Below are positions 17,370 to 26,107 of a stretch of DNA of 64,000 nt, piece by piece. The translations under genes and the position numbers were made by a program. Under the pieces are notes generated by a model. The model saw only the letters and a program-made list of their open reading frames with translations. It did not search any database and had not been told where the DNA came from. Positions within the stretch are counted from its first letter, which is position 1, and the number at the start of each line of letters is the position of its first letter. The stretch spans positions 1-64,000 of the IMG/VR virus record IMGVR_UViG_3300042691_037870; one strand, written 5' to 3'. This DNA is from a virus.

Positions 17370-17702
17370 TTATATAAGTTTAAATACGACTACAAAGTTA
17401 CTATCTTTTGGCCAAGGTTTAAAATCATCATATGAATCGATGATTTGTATTTCGATTCCTTCCCCACTTAAAGCTTTTTTAAGTTGATCTGCAACACTTT
17501 TTGGGGATTGACCGTGTCTATAAAAATACCCACGGCGCCCTTCAATAGTACCGTCTTTTTTAAATGTTAATTTATCTATGCCAGTTATAACAGTTTCAAA
17601 AGCTGTTTTAAGTTTTTTCTTATCAGCTGGTGTTAAAACTTTATCAACTGATACTTCCTCAGCTTCGTTAACAAATTCTTTGTATGTAGGTATTTGTTTC
17701 AT
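17370..17702 (-). CDS. Leader-tagged hypothetical protein
   Basis: Starts MKQIPTYKEFVNE. Confidence 0.7.
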   Translation of the reverse strand: MKQIPTYKEFVNEAEEVSVDKVLTPADKKKLKTAFETVITGIDKLTFKKDGTIEGRRGYFYRHGQSPKSVADQLKKALSGEGIEIQIIDSYDDFKPWPKDSNFVVVFKLI

Positions 17703-17705
17703 AAT

Positions 17706-18992
17706 TTATTTTTTATAAGCAAGTATGCTTCTTATTTGATGTAATGGCGCAAAAATGCCTGTGTACTTATAAAGTTTTCCATTATATAAGAAAGTAATTC
17801 CTTCAGTAGGTACGATTGCTTCTAATCCACCTGCTGCAGCAACACGAGATAATTCATGTTCTAATTTAGAAACATCTGCTTCATCACCATTTGTTCTAAT
17901 TGTTGAAATTGTTTTATCAATATCTTTTCTCATAGATTCTGCAGCCGCGGTTGGGTTTGCTGATAAGAAAGCTGAAAGATTCTTCATCATTTCAGTACCT
18001 ACCTCTAAGAATAAATTTTCAAGAGGCGCATAAACTCGACGTTTAAGATCTTTTCCTTTGTTCTTTTCCAGGTTAATAAACCAATCAGCAGCATCACCAA
18101 GATCTTTCTTAATTTGTGGAACACTGTAAGATTTGTCAATGTCAGCAATTCTACGGGCAAGACCGTCAATACTTATTTCTGGAAGATTAACTCTTGCGGA
18201 ATTTGCTTCTGCCATTAAAATTCTTTTACCCATACCTAAGGCATAGTCACCTACAGTAGAACTTAAAGTACTACCGCTGTCTTTCATTACATCAGCAAGT
18301 TTTTTCTGATAATATGATAATCGGGTTTTGGTATTTGGGAAAGGTTTAGAAGCAATATCTTGTGGACCACGTACATAGAAAGTTTCCTGAGACGCTGCAT
18401 TTGCATCAGATATTAATTTACCAATATCTCTTCCTGCCTGCTTGTCTTCGCCTATAGGGTTGCCTGCAGGGTCCATTTCTACTATTCCATGAAATACCAA
18501 AATATTTTGACCGTATGGGACAGTGTTTTGTGTAATAGGAGTGATTACTTCAACAGAAGCAAACTTTTTACCCTCTTCAAAAAATCTTTTCTTATCAGCG
18601 TCAGAAAGTTTACTGATAGATGATGTAAGATCTTTCATTGCTGAGTTATAAGCTTTTTCAATATCTCCACGCCCTGCAAATAAAGAAGCAATGCCGGCAG
18701 AATCTAAAGCATTCGCGCCGGCATCTTTTAGATGTGATTTGTTTCTTGCGGCAATAAGTTTACCATTTTTCCAAGAAATCATAATATTTTGACCGTCTGT
18801 CTTTTCTTGTACGAAATTCTCTGGCCCAAAGGCACCATTTACAGTTGTGGTTATCATTTTCTGCAAATCACCCATAGTCAAACCAAAATCATCAAACGGG
18901 TGTGAAAGATGACCATAGGCACCTCCTTCATTAATGACACCTTCATTTAACGATTCATTTAGTATGAATTGATTGTAGCTTAGTAAACTCAT
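17706..18992 (-). CDS. Leader-tagged ligase-like (covalent nucleotidyltransferase fold) protein
   Basis: MSLLSYNQFILNESLNEGVINE then GGAYGHLSHPFDD; VQEKTDGQN (motif I), PTEGITF (motif IV) and LYKYTG (motif V-like). Confidence 0.65.
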   Translation of the reverse strand: MSLLSYNQFILNESLNEGVINEGGAYGHLSHPFDDFGLTMGDLQKMITTTVNGAFGPENFVQEKTDGQNIMISWKNGKLIAARNKSHLKDAGANALDSAGIASLFAGRGDIEKAYNSAMKDLTSSISKLSDADKKRFFEEGKKFASVEVITPITQNTVPYGQNILVFHGIVEMDPAGNPIGEDKQAGRDIGKLISDANAASQETFYVRGPQDIASKPFPNTKTRLSYYQKKLADVMKDSGSTLSSTVGDYALGMGKRILMAEANSARVNLPEISIDGLARRIADIDKSYSVPQIKKDLGDAADWFINLEKNKGKDLKRRVYAPLENLFLEVGTEMMKNLSAFLSANPTAAAESMRKDIDKTISTIRTNGDEADVSKLEHELSRVAAAGGLEAIVPTEGITFLYNGKLYKYTGIFAPLHQIRSILAYKK

Positions 18993-18994
18993 GA

Positions 18995-20374
18995 TTATTT
19001 AACGATTGATCTTCCTTCAATCCATTTTTTTGCGTTTAAGTCCCACCAAAGTGAATCCCAAACAAAATCAGTTCCGTTAGAGCCTCCAGATGGGTGTTCA
19101 TACCAAAGTTTAGGGTTAAACCAGATTGATTTTCCATCACCAGTTACATTTCCACCCCAGAACCCAATTTCTACTTTAGTAAAGATTGTTTTAACCAAAG
19201 TTCTACCTAATTCATTAATAATATCATTAGAAGTTATCTTAATAACGCCTCTTTCAATTCCAGCGTTTAATGCTGGTTTAAAACCAAGTTTTTTCTTGAT
19301 AAGTTCTTCTAATTGAGGTAATGCCTTTTTTACTTCATCAAGATAAGGTGTTACATCAGCAGCTTCATTAATGTCTACATTTTCATTAGTTTCTTTTTCT
19401 TGATAACATTCACAAGGATCGCATTTGCACATTGGGCATTCTTCACCTTCATTAGTAGAAGATTCACCAAGAGAACTTGTAAGCATTCCTATAGCTGCGC
19501 CGTAATCCCCATCACATTTCTTTAAGATTCCATTAATCGTATCGTTGGCTTTGTCTTTATCAAAATCATCTGGGTGTGCTTTCTTTAAAACTGCCATTGC
19601 ATATTCTTTAAAGTCAGCTTCTGATTTTACATCTTCTTCTTTAATAACTGCTTCATTAACATAAGATTCTAATACAGGAGTATCATCTTTATCCCATTCA
19701 CCTTTTCTAACAAAACCGTGAACTGTGAAATTTGCTTGTGTTATTCCGGTTGCCTTTACTAACTTATCAATAGCAGCGTTTTCAACACTAACATTGCTAG
19801 TTCCTTTAACATATTTAAACTTATATGACTTTTTGTTTTTAAAATCTAGAACAATAAATCCATCATAAAATTTAGTCATGTCAGCTTCATTTACTTCAGA
19901 TTCTGAAACATTTTCAATTTCAAAAGATTTTGCCAAGTCTTCAATCTTAGAAGCAAATTTAGCATCTGTTCTAATTAAGATACTGTTATGAGCGCTGTTG
20001 ATATCAACTTTAATTGACTTATCGATTGTTGAATGAATTTGAGACTTAAATTCTTCAAGTTCAGATTTGCGATTTGTAGTAGCATCATAAATTAACTGAA
20101 CTTCTTTGCCTTCATTAACTTCCTCAGATTCTTTAACGCCATGTTTTTCAACATCAGCTTGTCCAGCTTTAGTTGCTCCTTTACCACTTTCCCAGTCTTT
20201 TGAAATTTCACTAAAGAATTCAGATTTTTTTGCATCATCAAGATCAGCCGGCGATTTTACACCAAACTTGCTTAACTTTGCAGTAAAGTAGTCTTGATAG
20301 GATTTTTGTAATTCTGACTTTGCAGCGGTTTCCGCTTCATGAATAGCCGTAATTGATTGTGAAAACTTTTTCAT
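18995..20374 (-). CDS. Acidic multi-segment protein, possible prohead core / internal polyprotein
   Basis: MKKFSQSITAIHE; repeated linkers VKESEEVNE, VSESEVNE, LESYVNE, LGESSTNE, TNENVDINE; small CPMCKCDPCEC motif. Confidence 0.6.
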   Translation of the reverse strand: MKKFSQSITAIHEAETAAKSELQKSYQDYFTAKLSKFGVKSPADLDDAKKSEFFSEISKDWESGKGATKAGQADVEKHGVKESEEVNEGKEVQLIYDATTNRKSELEEFKSQIHSTIDKSIKVDINSAHNSILIRTDAKFASKIEDLAKSFEIENVSESEVNEADMTKFYDGFIVLDFKNKKSYKFKYVKGTSNVSVENAAIDKLVKATGITQANFTVHGFVRKGEWDKDDTPVLESYVNEAVIKEEDVKSEADFKEYAMAVLKKAHPDDFDKDKANDTINGILKKCDGDYGAAIGMLTSSLGESSTNEGEECPMCKCDPCECYQEKETNENVDINEAADVTPYLDEVKKALPQLEELIKKKLGFKPALNAGIERGVIKITSNDIINELGRTLVKTIFTKVEIGFWGGNVTGDGKSIWFNPKLWYEHPSGGSNGTDFVWDSLWWDLNAKKWIEGRSIVK

Positions 20375-20393
20375 TTTAAATTGTCTTTTTAAT

Positions 20394-20732
20394 TTATCCT
20401 ATGATATTTGGTTTCTTGTCATAAAATTCTCGAGTATCATCTGCAAGTTCTTTTGCCATTGCCTCAGAATCTTTACCTAAAGCATCAGCAAGAAGATCCA
20501 CAATATCACCGTCAATTTTAAGTTTTTTATCAAGCGCATACACATATGTGCTAATACACTTATTTACGGTTTCTTGCTTTTCTTTATCAAGATCTCCCAG
20601 ATATTTGTCAAGAAAATGTCTTCTTAATCCTTCAAGAGTTTCATCAGAGTAATTTAAAGTCAACGGTTGTTTAATAGGTTCAGATAAATCTGCCTCTAAT
20701 AAGAAATCCGTAAAGTTTAAGACATGTGACAT
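20394..20732 (-). CDS. Leader-tagged acidic protein, first gene of the tagged cluster
   Basis: Starts MSHVLNFTDFLLE. Confidence 0.65.
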   Translation of the reverse strand: MSHVLNFTDFLLEADLSEPIKQPLTLNYSDETLEGLRRHFLDKYLGDLDKEKQETVNKCISTYVYALDKKLKIDGDIVDLLADALGKDSEAMAKELADDTREFYDKKPNIIG

Positions 20733-20763
20733 CTTGGATATATTTTTTCTATATATCCAAGAT
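20731..20763 (-). promoter_or_regulatory. 13-bp perfect hairpin covering the start codon and overlapping a GATATATA element
   Basis: mRNA sense ATCTTGGATATAT-AGAAAAA-ATATATCCAAGAT(G); GATATATA at 20757-20750; begins immediately after the uvsW TAG. Confidence 0.65.
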
Positions 20764-22293
20764 CTAAAACTGAACCGTGTACTTTTTAAACGGGAAACCT
20801 TGCTCTTTATAGATTTTCATACGTTCTTCTCCGTGTTTAAGTAAGTAATTTTTACCACCTCGAGGTAAGGAGTAATCATCAACAAAATCTATAATGTTTA
20901 CTTTTTCTTTGCCTTCACAAAGACGCATACCTCGACCAATTGATTGGCGAACTATTTTTTCACTCTTATAAGATTCAACAAAGAATACATTATGAATGTT
21001 ATTAATTGAAATACCTGTACTAAAAGTACCAAATGATGCAACCAGGATTTTATCATTACCTTCTTCCATTCTTGCAATATATTCATCACGTAATGAAGTA
21101 GGAGTAGAACCATCTACATAAAAAACTGTCTTATCACTTGTGTGTTCTCTTAAGTAATCATAAATTCTTCTACCATATTGATCCTTAACATTCTGAAAAA
21201 GAACAAGTGTGTTTTTAGTAGTTTTGGAAATGAAGTTACATATATACGTAAATCTACCGCGATTTTCAACTACAAGTCTTTTTTCAATATCAAGTAATTT
21301 AGATCCGTCAATTTCTGACTTACGACTACGAAGCTCTTCAAGTTTTTCTCGTGATTCACGCTCTAAATAATCTAACATTACTACTTTTACAACAATAGGT
21401 GTTGCGTACTTATTTGAAGTTAAGTAAGAAGCACTAATATTATTTACAAGTGGGCCAAGATATGCCTGGATTGTTAAAGCTTCAGTACTACCATTTTGCA
21501 TTAGAGTACCTGAAACTCCAAAAGCATAACGAGTATTCATACAGTTTACAATAATCTTCTTGATAGAACTTGCTTGCGTTCCATGTGCCTCGTCAATACA
21601 AATTGAGTCAACATCATCAAAGAAATTCATATCACGTTTCACGAGAGATTGATACGTACCAATAATAAAGTTTACATCTTTCTTGGTTTTATCAGTGCCA
21701 CCATGAATCATTTGAGTAGTAAAGTTTAACTTACCGTTATTGTAAAACTCAAAATCTTCAATAGACTGTAATATTAAGTTGGTGTTAGGTACCACCATTA
21801 GAAATTTATTGGTTTTGCCTCTTGCATGTAAATAAGCAAATATCATAAAGATAATGAAAGTCTTTCCTGCTGATGTAGCAATTTCAGAAATACTTCTACG
21901 GTATCTTAAGATAGGTACAGCAGCATCGATTTGATAATCACGAGCTTTTACTTTAGGATGATCTCTAAAGAACTCGTCAACCCATTGACGAAAGTCATGC
22001 TCATCAAAGTCATAGTCAATTACATTTTGCATATCATCAATACCTAATGTAAATCCGTACTTCTTACATACTTCGTTAAGCTCATTCCATAAACCAACGG
22101 GAATTCTCTGGTACTTATCGATAAAAGATATGTAGCCGTCCCATATCTTTTTCTTCACAAGTGGGTGAAAGCGCCAATTAGAAATTCTACGTTTAAAAGA
22201 ATGTCTTATTTGTTCAAGCTCAAGCTCCGTATAGTCAGTAAGTTGTATAAATCGATTATCAGGTGTAACCCTTGCTCTCACTTCCATATTCAT
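20764..22293 (-). CDS. uvsW: UvsW-like SF2 DNA helicase
   Basis: WDGYISF, RDYQ, ATSAGKT, IDEAH, SGT, TFSTGISI, QSIGRGMR; probable start at 22293 or 22287. Confidence 0.92.
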   Translation of the reverse strand: MNMEVRARVTPDNRFIQLTDYTELELEQIRHSFKRRISNWRFHPLVKKKIWDGYISFIDKYQRIPVGLWNELNEVCKKYGFTLGIDDMQNVIDYDFDEHDFRQWVDEFFRDHPKVKARDYQIDAAVPILRYRRSISEIATSAGKTFIIFMIFAYLHARGKTNKFLMVVPNTNLILQSIEDFEFYNNGKLNFTTQMIHGGTDKTKKDVNFIIGTYQSLVKRDMNFFDDVDSICIDEAHGTQASSIKKIIVNCMNTRYAFGVSGTLMQNGSTEALTIQAYLGPLVNNISASYLTSNKYATPIVVKVVMLDYLERESREKLEELRSRKSEIDGSKLLDIEKRLVVENRGRFTYICNFISKTTKNTLVLFQNVKDQYGRRIYDYLREHTSDKTVFYVDGSTPTSLRDEYIARMEEGNDKILVASFGTFSTGISINNIHNVFFVESYKSEKIVRQSIGRGMRLCEGKEKVNIIDFVDDYSLPRGGKNYLLKHGEERMKIYKEQGFPFKKYTVQF

Positions 22294-23072
22294 TATTTTG
22301 AATCCGTGCAATAGTTTTGTAAGTAATACTCACGGATAGGTTGAACATTCCAATTATCATGAAATGTTTTACATAATGATAAAAATTCCTTTTTCATTAT
22401 TTCCAATTCTTCACCTTCAAGAATCTCAATTTGCATACCTTCTGGAGTAGAAATCCAGATTTGAAAGTTCTTTATTGGTTTTTTATATATCTCCTCAAAA
22501 GCTATGACATACGCAGCACCCTGTTTCTTATATTTACGAACTGTTTCTTCACCGCGATACCCACTTGCGCTTTTAAAATCTGTAATAATGTTTTCATCGG
22601 TTAAACATATAAACCCAAAGTCAGCAGTACCTGCATATTTATTATGTAATGACCATAAAAATTGCTCAGTAAATAAAACTCCTTTAATGTCCTCAAATAC
22701 ATTTTCATGAATGAAGTTATAAAAAAGATCTCGCCCATATGCAATTCTATCATCAGCAATACCCTCTTCCTTTAATTCTACTGGAGTTTTCTTTTGTGTG
22801 TATAAAAGACAACGATCACTGTCACCACCTTGTTGAATGCAAATAAAGTAGTTTTCTAAAAACTTATGCATTGCTGTTCCACGAAATGCAGCACGTTCAC
22901 TAATTTTAGCAAGTTCTTCTTTTCCAATCTTTTCTTCTAAATCTGTAAGATATTGTGAAGGTTCTGAACCTAATATTGTTGTAACAGATGGCATAAGTAT
23001 TGCATCCGCTCCTTTGCCGTAAGCGTATACTCGGCCGTAAGGTGTGTCAATTCTTTTTACTCTTCTTTGCAT
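22293..23072 (-). CDS. PD-(D/E)XK exonuclease
   Basis: PSVTTIL, RGTAMH, YAGTAD, ITDFKS, Q..AY motifs. Confidence 0.85.
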   Translation of the reverse strand: MQRRVKRIDTPYGRVYAYGKGADAILMPSVTTILGSEPSQYLTDLEEKIGKEELAKISERAAFRGTAMHKFLENYFICIQQGGDSDRCLLYTQKKTPVELKEEGIADDRIAYGRDLFYNFIHENVFEDIKGVLFTEQFLWSLHNKYAGTADFGFICLTDENIITDFKSASGYRGEETVRKYKKQGAAYVIAFEEIYKKPIKNFQIWISTPEGMQIEILEGEELEIMKKEFLSLCKTFHDNWNVQPIREYYLQNYCTDSK

Positions 23073-23533
23073 TATCCTCTTTTATATTCTTCAAGTGCTA
23101 TACGATGTTTAATACCGTAGCACATTGCGTCAATTGTTCGGATAGTTTCTCTAAAGAATTCTAAATGATTTTGAACTAAATCTTTACGTTCTACAATATC
23201 AGCAATATCAACATAAATATGTAATTCTTTAGGATCTTTATCCATTCTTAAATCATAATTTCGTGTGTAATGTTCCCATCTTTCAATTTTCTTTTCACGA
23301 AATATACGATTAATTTTTGTTAAGTTTGCCATTAAGGCGTGTGTGTAATCCGCTGCAATTTGACGGTTAGAATACAAATCAGTCTGTAAATCAGCTATTT
23401 GATAAATGTCACGTAAACGATTTGACATATCACTGACTTTTTTACTCCACTCTTCACGTTCGTTTTTAAATCTTACAAAGATTGCATCGTTAGAAGAGTT
23501 CTGAGCCTTTTCGAGATTTTGGTTTTCTTCCAT
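23072..23533 (-). CDS. UvsY-like recombination mediator
   Basis: About 150 aa helical protein near uvsW, ending IRTIDAMCYGIKHRIALEEYKRG, similar to UvsY C-termini. Confidence 0.5.
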   Translation of the reverse strand: MEENQNLEKAQNSSNDAIFVRFKNEREEWSKKVSDMSNRLRDIYQIADLQTDLYSNRQIAADYTHALMANLTKINRIFREKKIERWEHYTRNYDLRMDKDPKELHIYVDIADIVERKDLVQNHLEFFRETIRTIDAMCYGIKHRIALEEYKRG

Positions 23534-23720
23534 CTTTAATTACAATTTCATGTTTTCTTTTTTTCTTTGGAACTACATCAGGTAAAATAGGATTAAGATC
23601 AATCTTTTCATGGTTACTAAATGAAAATTCAGCAATACCACGAATCTTTTTACCTTCTTCGTCTAATCCTATTATGTCAGAATCTTTGTGTTCCATATAA
23701 TCTATTTTATACAGCCACAT
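23490..23720 (-). CDS. Hypothetical protein
   Basis: 76-aa ORF filling the gap between primase and the UvsY-like gene. Confidence 0.5.
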   Translation of the reverse strand: MWLYKIDYMEHKDSDIIGLDEEGKKIRGIAEFSFSNHEKIDLNPILPDVVPKKKRKHEIVIKDGRKPKSRKGSELF

Positions 23721-23732
23721 AGGTTTTGTTTT

Positions 23733-24869
23733 TTAAATCCAGTACGCATCAAACTTATCGTTTGAAAAATACTGTGAAAGTCTTGGTAACTTTATTCGTT
23801 TTCTTTTACAATAAATCAATAAATCAGTTAAGTCCATCTTTTTCATTGGTTCTTCAATACCTGCTTCTGTAAATAACTTTTTCCATAAGAACACACTTTT
23901 GCCTGAGTGAAGTTTTTCCAAGGCAACATCTCGACCTGCTTTATCATAATCATACATATATCTCAACGTACTTAATTGAATTGGAGAATCAATATTTGAT
24001 GAACAAGTTGCAATTGAATTTTTATAAAGAAAAGAATCAAGAGGGCCTTCAAATACTGTCACAGGTTGTGTAATGTCCATTTCAAGAATACCAAATGAAG
24101 TTGAAATATCATCATAAGATAAAACTTCTTCTGTAACTGTTCTGCCCAATTCTTCATAAATTCTCGATAGCTTAAAAGTCAAGTATTTGGGAGTTGACTT
24201 AAAATTACGAATTTGATAACCTAATACACGGGTTGTGTTAGGAATTAAATGAAATATGTATAGCTGTTCCCTCTCTGCGCTCCAAGAAAACCTACGCATG
24301 TCAGGTTGTAATCTTTTGTATAAATAAGTAGAAATAGCTGCTTTGTCTACCTGCACAAGATTAAACTTTTCTTCAATCTCTGTACGATCGATACTCCATT
24401 TCATTAATTCATCTATGTTATGTAGCATCATTGGGTCAACGAATCTTTGCTCAGGCTTACCACTTTCAAAAAATTCACGAGCAAGAACAAGTTCATTAGT
24501 ACTTAATTCTTTCTTAAAATCTTTTAAGAATCCTTCAAGATTTCGATACTTACCACAATTATAACACTTAAAGTAATATGTTAATGTATAAATGTTACCT
24601 CTTTTCTTGTGTGTATCAAAATGTGAATCTCCACAATAAGGACAAGCAAAGTTAAGACGATTAATCTTAGGATCTATCCTGCGTTTTTCAGAATCATTAA
24701 ATCTTTCATTAAGAATAGATTGTAATTCCGTCTTGACAGTATTTAATAACTGTTCAGGTGATGCCTTTTGATTTTCGTCTAAAGAAAAAGAGAACGAGAG
24801 TAAATTCTCGTTCTCTTTAGATATTTTGTCAGTATTTTGATTATAGTGATCCATAAAGTTCGTCATCAA
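23733..24869 (-). CDS. T4 gp61-like DNA primase
   Basis: NFACPYCGDS...KKRG...FKCYNCG zinc finger; VFEGPLDSF and YDYD TOPRIM motifs. Confidence 0.9.
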   Translation of the reverse strand: MMTNFMDHYNQNTDKISKENENLLSFSFSLDENQKASPEQLLNTVKTELQSILNERFNDSEKRRIDPKINRLNFACPYCGDSHFDTHKKRGNIYTLTYYFKCYNCGKYRNLEGFLKDFKKELSTNELVLAREFFESGKPEQRFVDPMMLHNIDELMKWSIDRTEIEEKFNLVQVDKAAISTYLYKRLQPDMRRFSWSAEREQLYIFHLIPNTTRVLGYQIRNFKSTPKYLTFKLSRIYEELGRTVTEEVLSYDDISTSFGILEMDITQPVTVFEGPLDSFLYKNSIATCSSNIDSPIQLSTLRYMYDYDKAGRDVALEKLHSGKSVFLWKKLFTEAGIEEPMKKMDLTDLLIYCKRKRIKLPRLSQYFSNDKFDAYWI

Positions 24870-25800
24870 AAGAACCGCTATTTAATTCATCAATTCCTAA
24901 ATCATCCATACCTGAACCAAAATCTAAATCAAGAGATGAAGATGCTGGAGCTGCAGGTGCTGCAGGTGCAGCTGGCGCCGGAGATGAAACTACCGGAGCT
25001 GAAGCAACGGAAGTACGGTTACTTTTTTCAACGGACTCAATCATTCTGCCTCCTGGGACAGTATTGCGAATCACTTCATTTACGAAATCTTCAGTTTGCT
25101 GATCCCATTCTTGGTAATCATAAGCACCTAAATCAGGAGAAGTTTCTAAGAATTCTTTGATTTTTGCCAAGCTCTCTGGAGTTTTTTCCATTTGAGCACC
25201 GTCAATTGTAAGAGGTGCTTTTTCATCTAAGAATCGGCAGTTATCGTAATTGTTATAACCTGCTACTTGTGTAATATGCACAAAGAAAGGTTTCCCATCA
25301 AACAAGTCAAATGGTATATGAGGTTTACCAAATTCAGGTTTCATTTCTGCTTGGAGTTTATTGTAAATTTTAACTCCGTAAGGCCAGATCATGATTTTAC
25401 CTACGTTTTCAGGATTGTTGTCATCTTTAAGGATTTGCACAAGAGAAGCAAATCTTTGACGACGAGAGAAAGTTTCGGCCAATTTCTGTTCAGCAACAGA
25501 ATCAGATTTTTTGAATTTCCAAAACAGGTCTTGGATTATAGATTTTTGGCCGATAGTTGAAGGACAGTCAATATACTTACCTTCATTGGTAGCTGGATTA
25601 ACCATCCAACTTGACCATTTTTTCATCACTGATTTTTTTACGTCTTTATGCCAAGGCAAGAAACGAACTACGGCTTTGTAAACACCGTCTTTACCAGATT
25701 TTGCTTCAGGTTTAAATGTATTACGACCTGAACCGCCTGTTTTTTCTGGTTCTTTGAAGTCATCAAGTGAAAGATTAAAAATGTCGTTTAGATTTTCCAT
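24841..25800 (-). CDS. T4 gp32-like single-stranded DNA-binding protein
   Basis: AVVRFLP, GKIMIWPYGVKIY, PFDLFDGK, GYNNYD and acidic tail DDELYGSL. Confidence 0.88.
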   Translation of the reverse strand: MENLNDIFNLSLDDFKEPEKTGGSGRNTFKPEAKSGKDGVYKAVVRFLPWHKDVKKSVMKKWSSWMVNPATNEGKYIDCPSTIGQKSIIQDLFWKFKKSDSVAEQKLAETFSRRQRFASLVQILKDDNNPENVGKIMIWPYGVKIYNKLQAEMKPEFGKPHIPFDLFDGKPFFVHITQVAGYNNYDNCRFLDEKAPLTIDGAQMEKTPESLAKIKEFLETSPDLGAYDYQEWDQQTEDFVNEVIRNTVPGGRMIESVEKSNRTSVASAPVVSSPAPAAPAAPAAPASSSLDLDFGSGMDDLGIDELNSGSFDDELYGSL

Positions 25801-25890
25801 GTTCTTTTAGATTTTTTTAGAAATTGTTAGTAAAAAATTAAGGTACCTTTAAGTAATAAAAGTAACTGAGTTGACTGGTGTGATACTATA

Positions 25891-26064
25891 TTACTTTACA
25901 GTTTTTGTAGTATCTACAGCAGTGCTATCAGCTTGTACAGCAGTTGTGTCAGCTTGTACCTCTGTGCTGTCAGTGCTAGTTTGAGTTTCTGTTGAGTTTA
26001 CATTTTTGCAAGATACTGCAGTAATTGTTGCAATAACCGCTAAAGCTAAAAATACTTTTTTCAT
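25891..26064 (-). CDS. Small lipoprotein (57 aa) with Bacteroidota-type D-(S/T)-T repeats
   Basis: Hand translation: MKKVFLALAVIATITAVSC-KNVNSTETQTSTDSTEVQADTTAVQADSTAVDTTKTVK*; signal peptide II with lipobox Cys19. Confidence 0.8.
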   Translation of the reverse strand: MKKVFLALAVIATITAVSCKNVNSTETQTSTDSTEVQADTTAVQADSTAVDTTKTVK

Positions 26065-26107
26065 AATGGTTGTTTTTTGTTAGTTAAAAAATTATTTAGT
26101 TGAGATA

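Noticed and set aside
1294-20732. Repeated ~25-40 bp sequence read as a CRISPR array or integron attC sites
   Set aside because: Copies are degenerate, coincide exactly with gene starts, are hundreds of bases apart at irregular spacing and are not palindromic; no cas or integrase gene in the window.
1294-20732. Leader as a Sec or lipoprotein signal peptide
   Set aside because: No hydrophobic core; it is amphipathic and acidic and ends in Glu.
22293-23072. Cas4 / CRISPR adaptation gene
   Set aside because: No four-Cys cluster pattern and no cas context; it sits in a T4-like recombination block.
20764-25800. Inteins or introns in helicase, primase or SSB
   Set aside because: Lengths are typical and no splicing or homing-endonuclease motifs are seen.
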